DNA of 60,289 bases, counting the filler, from Sphacelaria rigidula (lineage: Eukaryota): assembly GCA_964200075.2 (NCBI GenBank). It is 6 parts of 6 records of this genome, joined end to end, with 100 filler letters (N's around TTAATTAATTAA, not from the genome) between each part and the next. Parts side by side here need not be neighbours in the genome. Positions count along the whole stretch, not along the records: positions 40,263 to 50,226 come from CAXNAA020007401.1; positions 50,327 to 60,289 come from CAXNAA020007402.1; 4 more parts are not named here. One strand, given 5' to 3'. Both the position numbers and the translations under genes were made by a program. The notes beneath the pieces were generated by a model. The model worked only from the letters and a program-made list of their open reading frames with translations, ran no database searches and was not told the DNA's origin. This document shows, in pieces, positions 46,800 to 58,539 of the stretch (position 1 is the stretch's first letter; the number at the start of each line of letters is the position of its first letter).

Positions 46800-49700
46800 T
46801 CTTAGGGATGTGCTGTACACAGATGCAGAAGCATAACTATTGCATGGTTGGTTGGTTCGGTAGACATGCATAGCAATTCACGCCTTGTATTATTCGGCTT
46901 TTCTACCGCTGAGCGGCTCATGGCCGGGTTTGATCCTCAAGACACGGCTTGTGCACCGTGCCGACATTGACGCATTACCTATAACCTACGACCTGCGTTA
47001 CACTAGTAGGTAGAATATCTCCACACGCTAGCGCCCATTGGGTGTTCCCCTGCTGCGTGTGCAACATGGTCGAAGAAAGGAGAACGAACGTGTCGCTGAG
47101 AGACGACAGGAGTCCCCGGCGGCGGCTCATGTTAACAGTGGAGATACCTGGAGGGCATCTGGCGCTGAAACCGTGGGTGCTGGTGCGGGTGCTGGTCACA
47201 GAAGCGGCACAGCGGTGGCTGGCGACTACTTGTACAGCAGCAGGCAAGATGAAGTTTTGACTTCGGGATGGAGCGCAGACCGCATAAAGTACCCCATGTT
47301 CAGCGATGCTGTCGAAGGCTACAACAATTGGGCCAGGGGAATCCTACAGCTACTGAGCGGGAACAGGGGGCGCAGATATGCACTACTGAGAGGTGATGTA
47401 TATAACAGCCGAGCCGCTCGACGCGCCGCGTCTCACTAGAATATTTAGCGTGGTCGAGATCAATCATGCTCAGGAAGTGCTCGCGGTGTTGTTCTGCAAC
47501 GTCGCGACACAGGCCGTGGAGAAGGTCATTTTTACAGCAGGTGGACCAAGTGCAGCCTCGAGAAAACTGTGAGAGCGTTTCGAGCCTCAGACTATCCACA
47601 CAGTGTACCAACTGATGAAGAAGTACGACAGCAGATCCCTGGGCGCGCGTGAAGACCCAATCGAGCTAATTGCTGAGATTGAGGCCATGCAGTCCAAGAT
47701 TCGGGTGCTGTCTCCGAGCCATGCGTCCAGCCAGGAAGCTGTCAACGTCCGTATATTGCCGCGACCGTGGCATCAAATGCGGATTACGATATTGAAACAC
47801 GCACGACGGCTTACGACGGGACTATCACTCGTGAAGAGTTGGTACGCACCATCACGTCTCGTTACCGTCGACTGCAGGAGATTGCGGGGACAGAAAACGT
47901 GGAGGCAGAGGCGGCGAAGAAGACTGCTGCATGATCGAAGTCCCTTCTTGCTGCGAACAACGTACGGTAAGGTGGCGGGAAAAGTAAAGTGGAATGCTGG
48001 GCTGGTGGAGAGGGTCGGTCATGTAACATCGCAGTGCCAAAGCCGCCTGTGCGACCTGCGGAGGAAACTGTTACAGCGCAAGGAAATGCCGATCCTCGAT
48101 AAAAGGGGGAGACAGTGAACACGGGGAGAAGAAGGGAGAGGTTGCTTGCATAAGCAACATGGAAATTGGTGGTGATAGCAAGCAGAATACCGGTTATCAC
48201 AGTATCTTCGGGATGGATCCCACTGGTACCACCTCCTGCGTCGCGTTTTAGCTGCAATATCCCACCATTACTAGTGCAAATCCTTCGACATGTTTGGTTG
48301 TTATGAGGGCTCGCCTGTGTCTGGGTTGGGAGCTAGGCATGATCCTTTTTGAAGGTGACATATTCTGGGCGAACGGATCCTTGGCAGGGAGAAATGTCTG
48401 GAAGTCAAAGGCATGTTTGAAGAATAAGGGAACTCACTCATGTTTGGGTTGTGGTTTTCGAGGGACATGGAAATGAGCGAATTACCTCCGATGAGGAAAA
48501 TAAAGGAGAAATGGACACACGGTTGGGGGAGCTGATGGGACTTGGCCTGGTGCGCACAGGGACTGCTGATCAGCTGTCTGACGAAGGCTGGACCCCAATC
48601 GTAGCATGGTGTCAAAAAGGTGGGGTATGTAGTCCCATGAGTACGTTGGGATATTGTTCTCACAGGTGGAGACGGATCCAAAAACGGGAAGTTCACAAAA
48701 CAACAGGCAGTCAGCGTGAGGGCCAAAATGTCCCTGGGACGTGTGTATTAAGCGATGATGCATGATGTCTCTCAAGAGTGAGGTGGGATGCTGTCACTCG
48801 AGGCTTGATCAGAGAAAAACCCACGCTCGAGGAAGAGGGTATTGAAGTGCCAAACTGTCATTTGAGGGTAGATCAGGCAAAGTAGTGCTCGCGGCGAGTT
48901 TAGTCTACGCTGTGAATCCCAAAAAGGGTTGAGCTGTGCCAGAAAAGCCAAGCTGAAAAATATGAAAGGTTTATCAAAACAGGACTCACGTTCGAGAAAG
49001 GGCGTAGTGGAGTGCAATACTGCACTGCCATTTTCAAGGGTTGGTGACACAGAAGGGAGCGTGCATGCAATATGCACGGCCTGATGGTAGATTGGTCGTT
49101 TTTGGTCACGAAGTATACACATGAAGCTGCATGTCGTGTACACTGACCGTGGGTGGAGCTTGCTCGGAGGCAGCTGTTCTTACTATTGCAAGTAATTATT
49201 ATTCCCAGGTGGGCTAAAATAAGGACGACTACTGTCCCTGTGCCCAAATATTTGGATTTTTATATATATGAAGGATCCTTCGAAGGAGACAGGGACTGTG
49301 TACTGTGGTAGTTATGATCGTTTCTGAGTAGTGAATACTCGATCATATAGCTGCGAGTCTGTTATCAGAGCTGGGAGGAACAGCTGAATGATTTCCTAAC
49401 CTGACCAAGCGTATGATGCTGTGGTGTAAGCTGGAGACATTCGAGCACGGAGGAAGGAGCCGAAAATAAGTAGACACTGGTATCAGACGTTTGTCATTTC
49501 CTGGTGTGTATGCAGAGATGAAATAGTACTACATCGTGGATTATGGAGAGATTGACAGCGATGAATTCGATCTTTACGTATTCGTTCGTTGTTTCCATGT
49601 TGATTGCGGTTGCATTTATTAGCAGATTGATTCCATGTTGGAGGGTAATGATAGTTCGGTAGATGGATTCAAAGGGCTAAAGTATAGCCACTGTCGTGAT

Positions 49701-50226
49701 ATCCGTTGGGTAGAAGTGGATCTTGGGGATGTGCTGTACACAGACGCAGAAGAATAACTATTGCATGGTTGGTTGGTGCGGTAGATATGCATAGCAATTC
49801 ACGCCTTGTACTACACGTCGTTTCTACCGCTGAGCGGCTCATGGCCGGGCTTGATCCTCAAGACACGGCTTGTGCACCGTGCCGACATTGACGCATTACC
49901 TATAACCTACGACCTGCGTTACACTAGTAGGCAGAATATCTCCACACGCTAGCGTCCATTAGGCGTTTCCCTGCTGGGTGTGCAACATGGTCGAAGAAAG
50001 GAGAACGAACGTGTCGCTGAGAGACGACAGGAGTCCCCGGCGGCTGCTCATGTTAACAGTGGAGATACCTGAAGGGCATCTGGCGCTGAAACCGTGGGTG
50101 CTGGTGCGGGTGCTGGCCACAGACGCGGCACAGCGGTGGCTGGCGACTACTTGTACAGCAGCAGGCAAGATGAAGTTTTGACTTCGGGATGGAGCGCAGA
50201 CCGCATAAAGTACCCCATGTTCAGCG
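46800..50226 (+). mobile_element. degenerate Ty1/Copia LTR retrotransposon in tandem (LTR-internal-LTR-start of second internal region)
   Basis: 46800-47306 is repeated at about 49720-50226 (period 2921 bp). The putative LTR ends at ...CTCCACA (47025 and 49946), and the second LTR likely starts with TG at 49649 after a GGAGGG purine tract. The internal region has gag-like IKYPMFS...YNNW and EDPIELIAEIE..., a knuckle remnant (VGHVTSQC) and decayed RT/RNase H-like words. No integrase was recognised. Confidence 0.7.
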
Positions 50227-50326
50227 NNNNNNNNNNNNNNNNNNNNNNNNNNNNNNNNNNNNNNNNNNNNTTAATTAATTAANNNNNNNNNNNNNNNNNN
50301 NNNNNNNNNNNNNNNNNNNNNNNNNN
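50227..50326. other. artificial contig-join linker
   Basis: N44-TTAATTAATTAA-N44. Confidence 0.97.
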
Positions 50327-50329
50327 CGT

Positions 50330-53300
50330 CGCCATGTGTTCTCTAACTCTTTGGCCTCTCTCTCGACCCCAAGATATCACAAGCCCATGTTCTCCGCCGC
50401 AGTGACCCGAATCGAGTGCGTCAATAACTGCTACACCGTAAACGAACTATTTCTGTGGCTTTCTTGTGTGATAAAAAGCCGCCGTACCACTTGGGTTCTC
50501 CTGGAGGTGGTGACCCTAGTATTTGATGAGGCAGCCAACCTCCTTGGGCCCTTGCGCGTTTAATCGTCCGTACATGGTGTGTCTGGTCAGGCGTGTTTCG
50601 TCCTGCCGGACAAGGGCCCCCGGCAAACCGAACCTGACGCTTGCGGACAGTCATCTAGATACGTCCGTAGTTAATTATCTCGACTACAGCCCTGTGCGAG
50701 AGAGTCTTGTGACTCGTTCGACTTTATATTCAGTATCCCATCACTAGCAGCTAAAGCTTGTGATGGGCAGACTGTTGAAGTCCTCGGAACGTAACGACCA
50801 TGTGAAATATCCTGACAGCAGCAGTTCACCTCTATATCATGCCGCCGGATTGCTAACGATAGGTGGGCGTTGGGTCTGCCGTGGAGTTGGGAGCGACAGT
50901 TTCGGTCATGGTCCTTGTCTTGTGTTCTGGTCTCGCGGGGAAGGTATAGCCTCCTCAGCCCGCGTCTGCCGCCAGCTTCAATCCGCTGAATCTCGTAGTT
51001 AGTCACACGTGTCCTAACTCCTACAACGTGCTTTCCGTGACGATACCCCAACTTTCGATGAAGAAAACTGCGGGGTTCAGTGTCGGTCTCAGTACAGAGG
51101 AAAACTCCGCAGCTGCAGGATTTGAGCCTGGAGGTCTACACTGTCTGTCATCATAGAGTTGTGATCTGGTGGTACATTTTCAATACTCGATGGTTACAAA
51201 ATACACATTTCCTAGGTCAGCGATAGTCCCGGCACCAACAGGTACTTTTCTCCCCGGAAATGTTATTGCTTGAAGATGTTGATCCGAAACAAGGCATACC
51301 ACAAGGCTGTCCTCGATTACGGGTTTTGGGAAATGGTGAATGGTAGGGTACTTTTTTTGTAGCGGTTTGCTGATATGTCCAGTGTGCGAGAGTGGTGGGG
51401 TGCGAGATGATACGGAGTGGCGATGTATTCCGTTAAGGTTGCTATTTGTGGCGCGTGAAAGAATGTACCAATATCGATATCTCGACATATCAAAGATTCG
51501 AGATAGCCTCGCCGGTGGGTCCGGGAGTACGCATGATCACGCAAAATACACGTTACTGCTGTTGATGAAAATGATCACACATGACCGTGTATGAACTGGA
51601 TACAAGTGTGACATCATGGCTATCTTTGAAACGGACGGCAAAAGCAAAGATGTGACGTGACCATCCTTGAAACAGGCCCAAGTCTCACGTGACCATTTTC
51701 GAGTTGGTTCAGGAACACTGGCACTTGAGCTGACACGGTTGTGAAGGCAGTGTAGCACTAAACACGTTTGCTAAAGTTCAACGGTTACGACTCGGACTCG
51801 TCCGTAATTTTGATATTTCCGTCGTAAGAGTCACCAATCACACGACTCAATAGCCGTCGGACGACTGCACGTTCAAAGGCTGTCTCGGGATGATTTTTCA
51901 CGTGCTCCCGATTCACATCTAAAGTTGTTCAAAGGTGATCATCTGAGACATTTGCCCGCGTCACAGGTGGTTCCGTGAACCTTTCCACTGCTGCTGGTCT
52001 TCCTGGAAGTGGAGATATACAATTTTGTGCTTTTGTTTTCAGCCATAGTCATTGCGACGAAGAATGTGCAGGTCGTGGTGTACCCTTGGAGTCCATGTGT
52101 GAGCATATTCACTCACATGCGTCACACTCCCCAGCACCAGACACAGTATGCCTTCAATAGAGGTATTTAAAACTAGAGGTTCCCGATGCGTTATGAACTA
52201 CTGTGATAGATACCGGAAATGCCGAGTTTGAGATACGTCCATTGACGGCTGGAATGTATGTCTGACGAACAAGGATCACTTGGAACGAGCAGCGAACCAA
52301 CCAAGACTTGGGTGGCGGTCGATGTGAACAACTCGGGTGTTGGTGTTTCTCGAACTTTCCAACGCCAGTATTAAGGGCTGCTGACCGTCGAAAGGCAAAG
52401 AACTTTACTTTGCAGCGGTCATATCTGAACGAAGGACTAGATACACGTTGTAATAAGCAGAACGGTGTTCTATATCAGCGCGCACAGTACGATAGCGACG
52501 AACGCGATGTTCCTCGTGCTTTGGCGCCCCTCCCTGTGATGAGAACGTTTCACTTTTACCTGTATCATATTGCGCGCATTTTTGGGCTTCGTGTGCTACG
52601 TTTGCTATTGTTAGACGGACAGCAGGAAAAAACTGATTTGCTGATATATCGAGTGATGGGTAGTTCTTCACACGTCAGGTCTTTTCCACACACTGGGCAA
52701 TATCCAATCAATACACGCAATGAACCTGAAGTGTACCTTGTGAGGCATAGCCTACTTCATCTGTTGACCCACCTATTGCCTAGGGTGCGAGACATTTATC
52801 GTCCTTCTCACGTGTCCAACTTCTCCAAGCGATTCTACGACGGAAATTTAATACCTGTGCCCTACTCGAAAATGGTCACGTGAGATGTTCGCTTTTGCCG
52901 TCCCGGTCACCGATGATCATGTGACACTCTTGTCGGGTTGAAAGATGGTTAGGCGAGGGCATGCTGTGCACGTGAAAACCCTCGCCAGGTTCAGTGCTCC
53001 TCAAGGTTTTATTCGGCAAACCTAATATTTGATGAGATAAATGTTCCCAGAGGGCTGAGCACGCTCAGTAGCTGACTATAAAGCAGCGTGGCACACACGT
53101 CACACCACGCAGAGAATCGTTGGCCAGCATTTGTGCATACGACCGTTTCTCGATCAAGTAGTCCCACTTGTGCACCCCGTGTTAGCTTTTACACGTATCC
53201 GTAGCACCGTACCTCTGCGAATCATGACCCTCACGCATCATGTACTGGGTCTGCTGTTGTGCGTTATTTTCGACCTTAACGGCACACCTCTCGGACCACA

Positions 53301-54300
53301 TACACACACTAGAAATGGAACCATGATCGTTGGTGTCCTGGCTCACCGTGGATCGAGATTTGTGATCTTTCTTGGGAGATTATGACCAATGATGAGCGCC
53401 TGCAACTGCATTACCCGCTGCTTGCATGCGTACTTTTGCATGTAAAATGGCGAGAGCATAGTGAAGGTGGTTCATAGGCGACGGATGTCACCTCCAACCA
53501 ACGTAGTGAAGAAGTCACTTTCAATGATATGCCGTGGAATCGGATATCGCAGTTACGGCACCTCAACTGCCGGTTTTCCAAGCCGTGTAGGCGCAGTGTT
53601 CATAACTTCGCATCAAGCCTTTGTGCTGGCGTTGTAATAGCTGCCAGCACAGCGAACAACGCGTAAGCGGTAACAGGAGATCTAGCACATGCTCACTTCA
53701 GGACGTATATGTCCGACACGCATTGAAACGCCATTCCCTCTCTGGCGTATATGTCCAACACGCGTGGGGTACCTGTTCACTCTACAAGGGCTTCGTCGCA
53801 TTCAATCAGTTAAGGACATTTTTGCGGGATATCGGCAGCACGTGGCACTTCACAACAAATTCCTCCAACTTTGTCAGATATCTTTGAGCTTGGAACGACT
53901 TTCCTGAACGCTGTCAAACATATTCCGGCTTGGAGCAGATTTCTCGAACGTTTTCTAGATATTGTTGAGGTCAAAGCATGTTTTATTCCAGAACAGGTCC
54001 AGACAGAATGATGTTCACAGTGACGACCATATCATTTTTCCGGTTATCTGGAATGTCCGTACCTATCGTGTACAGCCATGATGTATTCATTCACCAGGTT
54101 TATTATGTAAGTCTTTGTTGCCCTCACTCATCTTGTGTTCCGCTCAACTTTCGGCGCTTCCCTGATGTGACACTCCGATACGGCGAAGAGAAGCATGTAG
54201 TCGCCATGCACATCGTGTAGACACGATAAAGTTAGTACCCGAATCCCTCGATGAAACCGGTGACACAGATGATGGATACTCACTTGCAAGTCAAATGGCA
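50330..54300. pseudogene. two highly decayed, convergent pol-like relics (probably Copia)
   Basis: The plus strand gives LADSH.. (50640), CDGQTVEVLGT (50760) and CPVC (51380). The minus strand gives ISDSTAYH (~53545) and ...Y*ACS...KTLRSTEPGEGFHV (~53000), resembling pre-integrase/integrase starts. The two copies share inverted DNA homology at 51600-51705 versus 52863-52935. Confidence 0.35.
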
Positions 54301-55197
54301 ACAAAAACAGTGTAGTACTGTAGCTTCGGACGATGACGAATTGTTATAAGCTTGTACTTCTTGAAACGAATACACACATGCGTACGGCAGAAACGCGCAT
54401 GCGTACGGTAGAAAACAAAAATTACGAATACGGGACGCCATGTGCGCGCGTGTGCATTGAGATTTGGCAGCTATTTATATTCTCTTTTCCTGTGCACATA
54501 TCAGCTTCAACACGATATGTGGAATAACTGGTCTTTCGAGGCTCACTTGAGGCGCTGTTGAGGAAACAGGGCACTTATGTTTTTTCCGGTCATCACATAC
54601 AACGGGAGTGAAGCAGATCAGTGGTCTGCGAGGTTGGGATGGTTTTCCCAAACGTGTACAGGTGTCTGTGAGCATATGATAACCTTCTACAGTTATGTCA
54701 GGTATTGGGAAAGTGCGAAGCAAACTCCTCAAGCGTTGGCAGGTGTTGTGCAAGCCCGGATATCTGTGATGGGCCTGTCTCATCCCTCCAGGTTTCATTG
54801 TCACGGCCAAGCACGATTTGGCATTGGATTTTCGGCTAGTAGGTGTTTCTGCCACACATGTATTCATGTTTGTACTAAACCGGTCCTACAGTTGTTCTCG
54901 ATGTCTACTGCCGTAGTGTAGAGGACATCGTCATCCGCCGAATCCTGTTGGGCAGTAGGTTTGCATGGGTCAGTATATATGGAGGGCCGTGTTGGTGGAT
55001 GCACGTGTCTCGTGCTCTTCTGGATTATGCAGAGCAGATGCAATGCCATTGTTTCTGAACACCAATTGAACTCCTTGCCAGTTGTAGCTCATGACCAGCG
55101 TTTCGGCGTTTGCGCGATCGTGCTGCCCGCAGAGGTTGGTTCCACAAGGAGGACGACGCGAAGAGGGAGCTGACGGCCGACGTACCAACGATAGATT

Positions 55198-57492
55198 GTG
55201 TCAACGAGGGCTCTTCCGCGATATAGTTGTACGGTCCAAAAGGCCACAAGGCAAACTTATATTCCTAGCACACCAGGGCGAGATTGGCAAAATGTGGTGA
55301 AGTTTGGCGACGAGGACTGCCTGCAGCATCCTTGGAATGGTGTACCAGGATGCAAGACGGGGGAGTTCTGCTCTCAGCACGCCCGGGCGGGGATGGTTAA
55401 TGTAATGAAACGGTGCGGCGACGAAGGCTGCCTCAAGCAAGCGTTTTATGGTGGAGCAGGGAGCAAGAAGGCGGAGTTCTGCTCCGAGCACCCTAAGGCG
55501 AGAATGGTAAATGTAGTGCACAAGAGGTGCGGTAAGGAGGACTGTCCCAAGCAACCATCGTATGGTGTAGCAGGAAGCAAGAAGGCGGAGTTCTGCTCCG
55601 AGCACGCTGAGGCAGGAATGGTAAATGTGAGGAACAACGGGTGCCGAGACGAGGGCTGTTTCAAGCGACCGTCGTATGGTGTAGCAGGAAGCAAGAAGGC
55701 GGAGTTCTGCTCCGAGCACGCTAAGGCAGGAATGGTAAATGTGAGGAACAACGGGTGCCGAGACGAGGGCTGTTTCAAGCAACCGTCGTATGGAGTAGCA
55801 GGAAGCAAGAAGAGGGAGTTCTGCTCCGAGCACGCCAGGAGGGGAATGGTTGATGTGATGAAGAAGAGGTGCGGCTACGAGGGGTGTCTCAAGCACCGGT
55901 CGTATGGTGTAGCAGGAAGCAAGAACAGGGAGTTCTGCTCCGAGCACGCCAGGGCGGGAATGGTCAACGTGGGGAACAAAAGGTGCGGCTACGAGGGGTG
56001 TCTCAAGCACCCGTCGTATGGTGTAGCAGGGAGCAAGAAGGCGGAGTTCTGCTCCGAGCACGCTAGGGGGGGAATGGTTGATGTGGTGAGCAAGAGGTGC
56101 CGCAAGGAGGGGTGTCTCAAGCACCCGTCGTATGGTGTAGCAGGGAGCAAGAAGGCGGAGTTCTGCTCCGAGCACGCCAGGGAGGGAATGGTCAACGTAT
56201 TGAGCAAGAGGTGCGGCTACGAGGGGTGTCTCAAGCACGGGTCGTATGGTGTAGCAGGAAGCAAGAGGGCGGAGTTCTGCTCCGAGCACGCCCGGGCGGG
56301 AATGGTCAACGTGTTGAACAAGAGGTGCGGCTACGAGGGGTGTCTGAAATTCCCGTCATATGGTGTAGCAGGAAGCAAGAAGGCGGAGTTCTGCTCCGAG
56401 CACGCCAAAGCGGGAATGGTGAATGTTGTGCAGAAGCGGTGCGGTAAGGAGGACTGTCTCAAGCAACCGTCGTATGGCGTAGCAGGAAGCAAGAAAAGGG
56501 AGTTCTGCTCCGAGCACGCCAGGAGAGCGATGGTTGATGTGGTGAGGAGGAGGTGCGGCTACGAGGGGTGTCTCAAGCACCGATCGTATGGTGTAGCAGG
56601 AAGCAAGAAAAGGGAGTTCTGCTACGAGCACGCTGGGGGGGAAATGGTTGATGTGGTGAGCAAGAGGTGCCGTAAGGAGGGGTGTCTCAAGCACGGATCG
56701 TATGGTGTAGCAGGAAGCAAGAAGGCGGAGTTCTGCTCCGAGCACGCCAGGGGGGGAACGGTCAACGTGTTGAGCAAGAGGTGCGGCTACGAGGGGTGTC
56801 TCAAGCACGGGTCGTATGGTGTAGCAGGAAGCAAGAGGGCGGAGTTCTGCTCCGAGCACGCCAGGGCAGGAATGGTAACTTTGAGGAACAAGGCGCAATT
56901 ATTTCGACAGCATGCTACTACACACAACACAGCAGCAGTGTGCAACACTGCAGAACCCTACGCTCGGGTGGCCATCTCCGGATTTAGCCCGGCGGAGGAT
57001 GGTCGACCAAGCGTTTTCGATGTAAGTGGAATACAACGCAAACGCGCAGCATGCTCGGGCTCTGGTTCAAGTCCCGTGATCGGTACTTGCCGTAGTGTCT
57101 GCCCCAGTCCCAGGCGAGATGACACAACACTACCCTTACTCTCAGTACAGATACCCTCAGGATACGATGGTAAGGTGTCGTTAGAGACAAGGGCAATGTC
57201 AGGAATAAAAGTGGAGCCGGCAGTCCCTTTCTCAGCGCACTGTGTCCCTAGGACCCGAGGGCATAAGGAACAGGATTCAAATTCAAGTGGTACGGGCAGC
57301 GTAGGTGGTAGTAGTAGCTCCAGTAGCAGTGGTAGCGGTATGAGTACGAGATGGCTCAATGAGTCGTCGGCAGAGGTGTCTGGTGGCCTTGGCGTGTTTG
57401 ATAGTATGCCAGATGAACAGGCAGGGGAGACTTTGAGCGTGAAGTTGGAGCTAGGAGTGTCTAGTCTCCCTCCTTGGACGCCCGGAAGTTGA
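55198..57492 (+). CDS. EsV-1-7-type cysteine/histidine repeat protein (14 tandem ~38-aa repeats plus a ~200-aa Ser/Gly-rich tail)
   Basis: This intronless 764-codon ORF repeats C-x4-C-x-K-x2-SYGVAGSKKAEFCSEHARAGMVNVxxKR from 55303 to ~56892, the C-C-C-H motif of the EsV-1-7 family of brown algae and phaeoviruses. The listed start is a GTG. The first in-frame ATG is at 55393, so the true start is uncertain. Confidence 0.9.
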   Translation: MSTRALPRYSCTVQKATRQTYIPSTPGRDWQNVVKFGDEDCLQHPWNGVPGCKTGEFCSQHARAGMVNVMKRCGDEGCLKQAFYGGAGSKKAEFCSEHPKARMVNVVHKRCGKEDCPKQPSYGVAGSKKAEFCSEHAEAGMVNVRNNGCRDEGCFKRPSYGVAGSKKAEFCSEHAKAGMVNVRNNGCRDEGCFKQPSYGVAGSKKREFCSEHARRGMVDVMKKRCGYEGCLKHRSYGVAGSKNREFCSEHARAGMVNVGNKRCGYEGCLKHPSYGVAGSKKAEFCSEHARGGMVDVVSKRCRKEGCLKHPSYGVAGSKKAEFCSEHAREGMVNVLSKRCGYEGCLKHGSYGVAGSKRAEFCSEHARAGMVNVLNKRCGYEGCLKFPSYGVAGSKKAEFCSEHAKAGMVNVVQKRCGKEDCLKQPSYGVAGSKKREFCSEHARRAMVDVVRRRCGYEGCLKHRSYGVAGSKKREFCYEHAGGEMVDVVSKRCRKEGCLKHGSYGVAGSKKAEFCSEHARGGTVNVLSKRCGYEGCLKHGSYGVAGSKRAEFCSEHARAGMVTLRNKAQLFRQHATTHNTAAVCNTAEPYARVAISGFSPAEDGRPSVFDVSGIQRKRAACSGSGSSPVIGTCRSVCPSPRRDDTTLPLLSVQIPSGYDGKVSLETRAMSGIKVEPAVPFSAHCVPRTRGHKEQDSNSSGTGSVGGSSSSSSSGSGMSTRWLNESSAEVSGGLGVFDSMPDEQAGETLSVKLELGVSSLPPWTPGS
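55303..56892 (+). repeat. 114-bp coding tandem repeat, 14 units
   Basis: The core TATGGTGTAGCAGGAAGCAAGAAGGCGGAGTTCTGCTCCGAGCACGC recurs every 114 bp (first unit 111 bp). Confidence 0.95.
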
Positions 57493-58539
57493 TGCATCAT
57501 GTGTCGTTCATGATATTGACGTATAGATTAAGGGCAGAGTATGCGGGCGTGTGCTATCGTGCACCGTCGACACTGTAGACGAGGAGCGGTTGGCAAAGAT
57601 TATTCTTTTTCGTCAAAGGTGTTCGTTAGGTTGACGGGACCTGATGTCCGAAGGCAAAGTTTCATCACTAGATCTCGTCGACGTGAATGTACGTACGATG
57701 GCTACATGTTGCACGCACGGGCCAAAAAGTAGATGTACTGGAAACAACGTGTTCGTGAAACTGAGAGTTAAAGGTATGGCTGAGAGTGAAAAGCGGTCAA
57801 CCAGTGAATAAGCTGTTTCAGTTCCGAAGTGCAGCTCCACCAGGCCCAATATTCTCTCTGTAGTAGCTTGCCACTGTGGACCTCGATGTCCCCGAGTAGG
57901 ATACCAACGTGTAGCTGTAAGCACATGGCAGTGATGAGACGACTAGAAGCACGCACGGAATGAAAAATTGGCCAAGTCAAAGCGAATGATCAAAGCCACT
58001 CTCAATCCGCACCCAACTCTCAATCTCACGAAAACCTTGTTTGGAGAAGTCGGTCCCCCGATGAACCGTGACGCTACTAGTGGGCCTTCTACTCGTACCG
58101 CAATCTTGTCCACCTTTAAGTTGGTTTCTGCTGCGAGTAAAAATTCGACTCGGAGGTTTTTTGCGACTCCGTTTTTTTGTCCTGATTCTTGCGATCGGAT
58201 CCTTGCGATATTTTTTTCGCGTCGGGATTCTTGCGTTCGGAACCTTGCGATAGTTTGTTTTCTATATTTTTCCAGTCTAGATCTCTCATCGATTTTGGTA
58301 TTTTGGAAATAACTTCGTCAAACGGACACCAAACGCATCCTGCTCCACACAGAAGTTTTTGCTGCCTACTTAGTATCATCCTCCAAATCGAAGTCTTGAG
58401 TGAGAAGTCCAGCGTTTGGTAATCATGTACAAGGATGATCTACATCATATTTAAAAGCGAGGTGACTTCAGCACTTGGTAAGTGACAGATATTTCTCGAA
58501 AATTCATGGTTTGCGCTGGTGCTGATGCATTTCCATGAA

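Noticed and set aside
55201-57500. Long minus-strand and alternative-frame ORFs (55201-56289, 56356-56898, 56958-57500 etc.)
   Set aside because: They are shadows of the repetitive plus-strand EsV-1-7 ORF.
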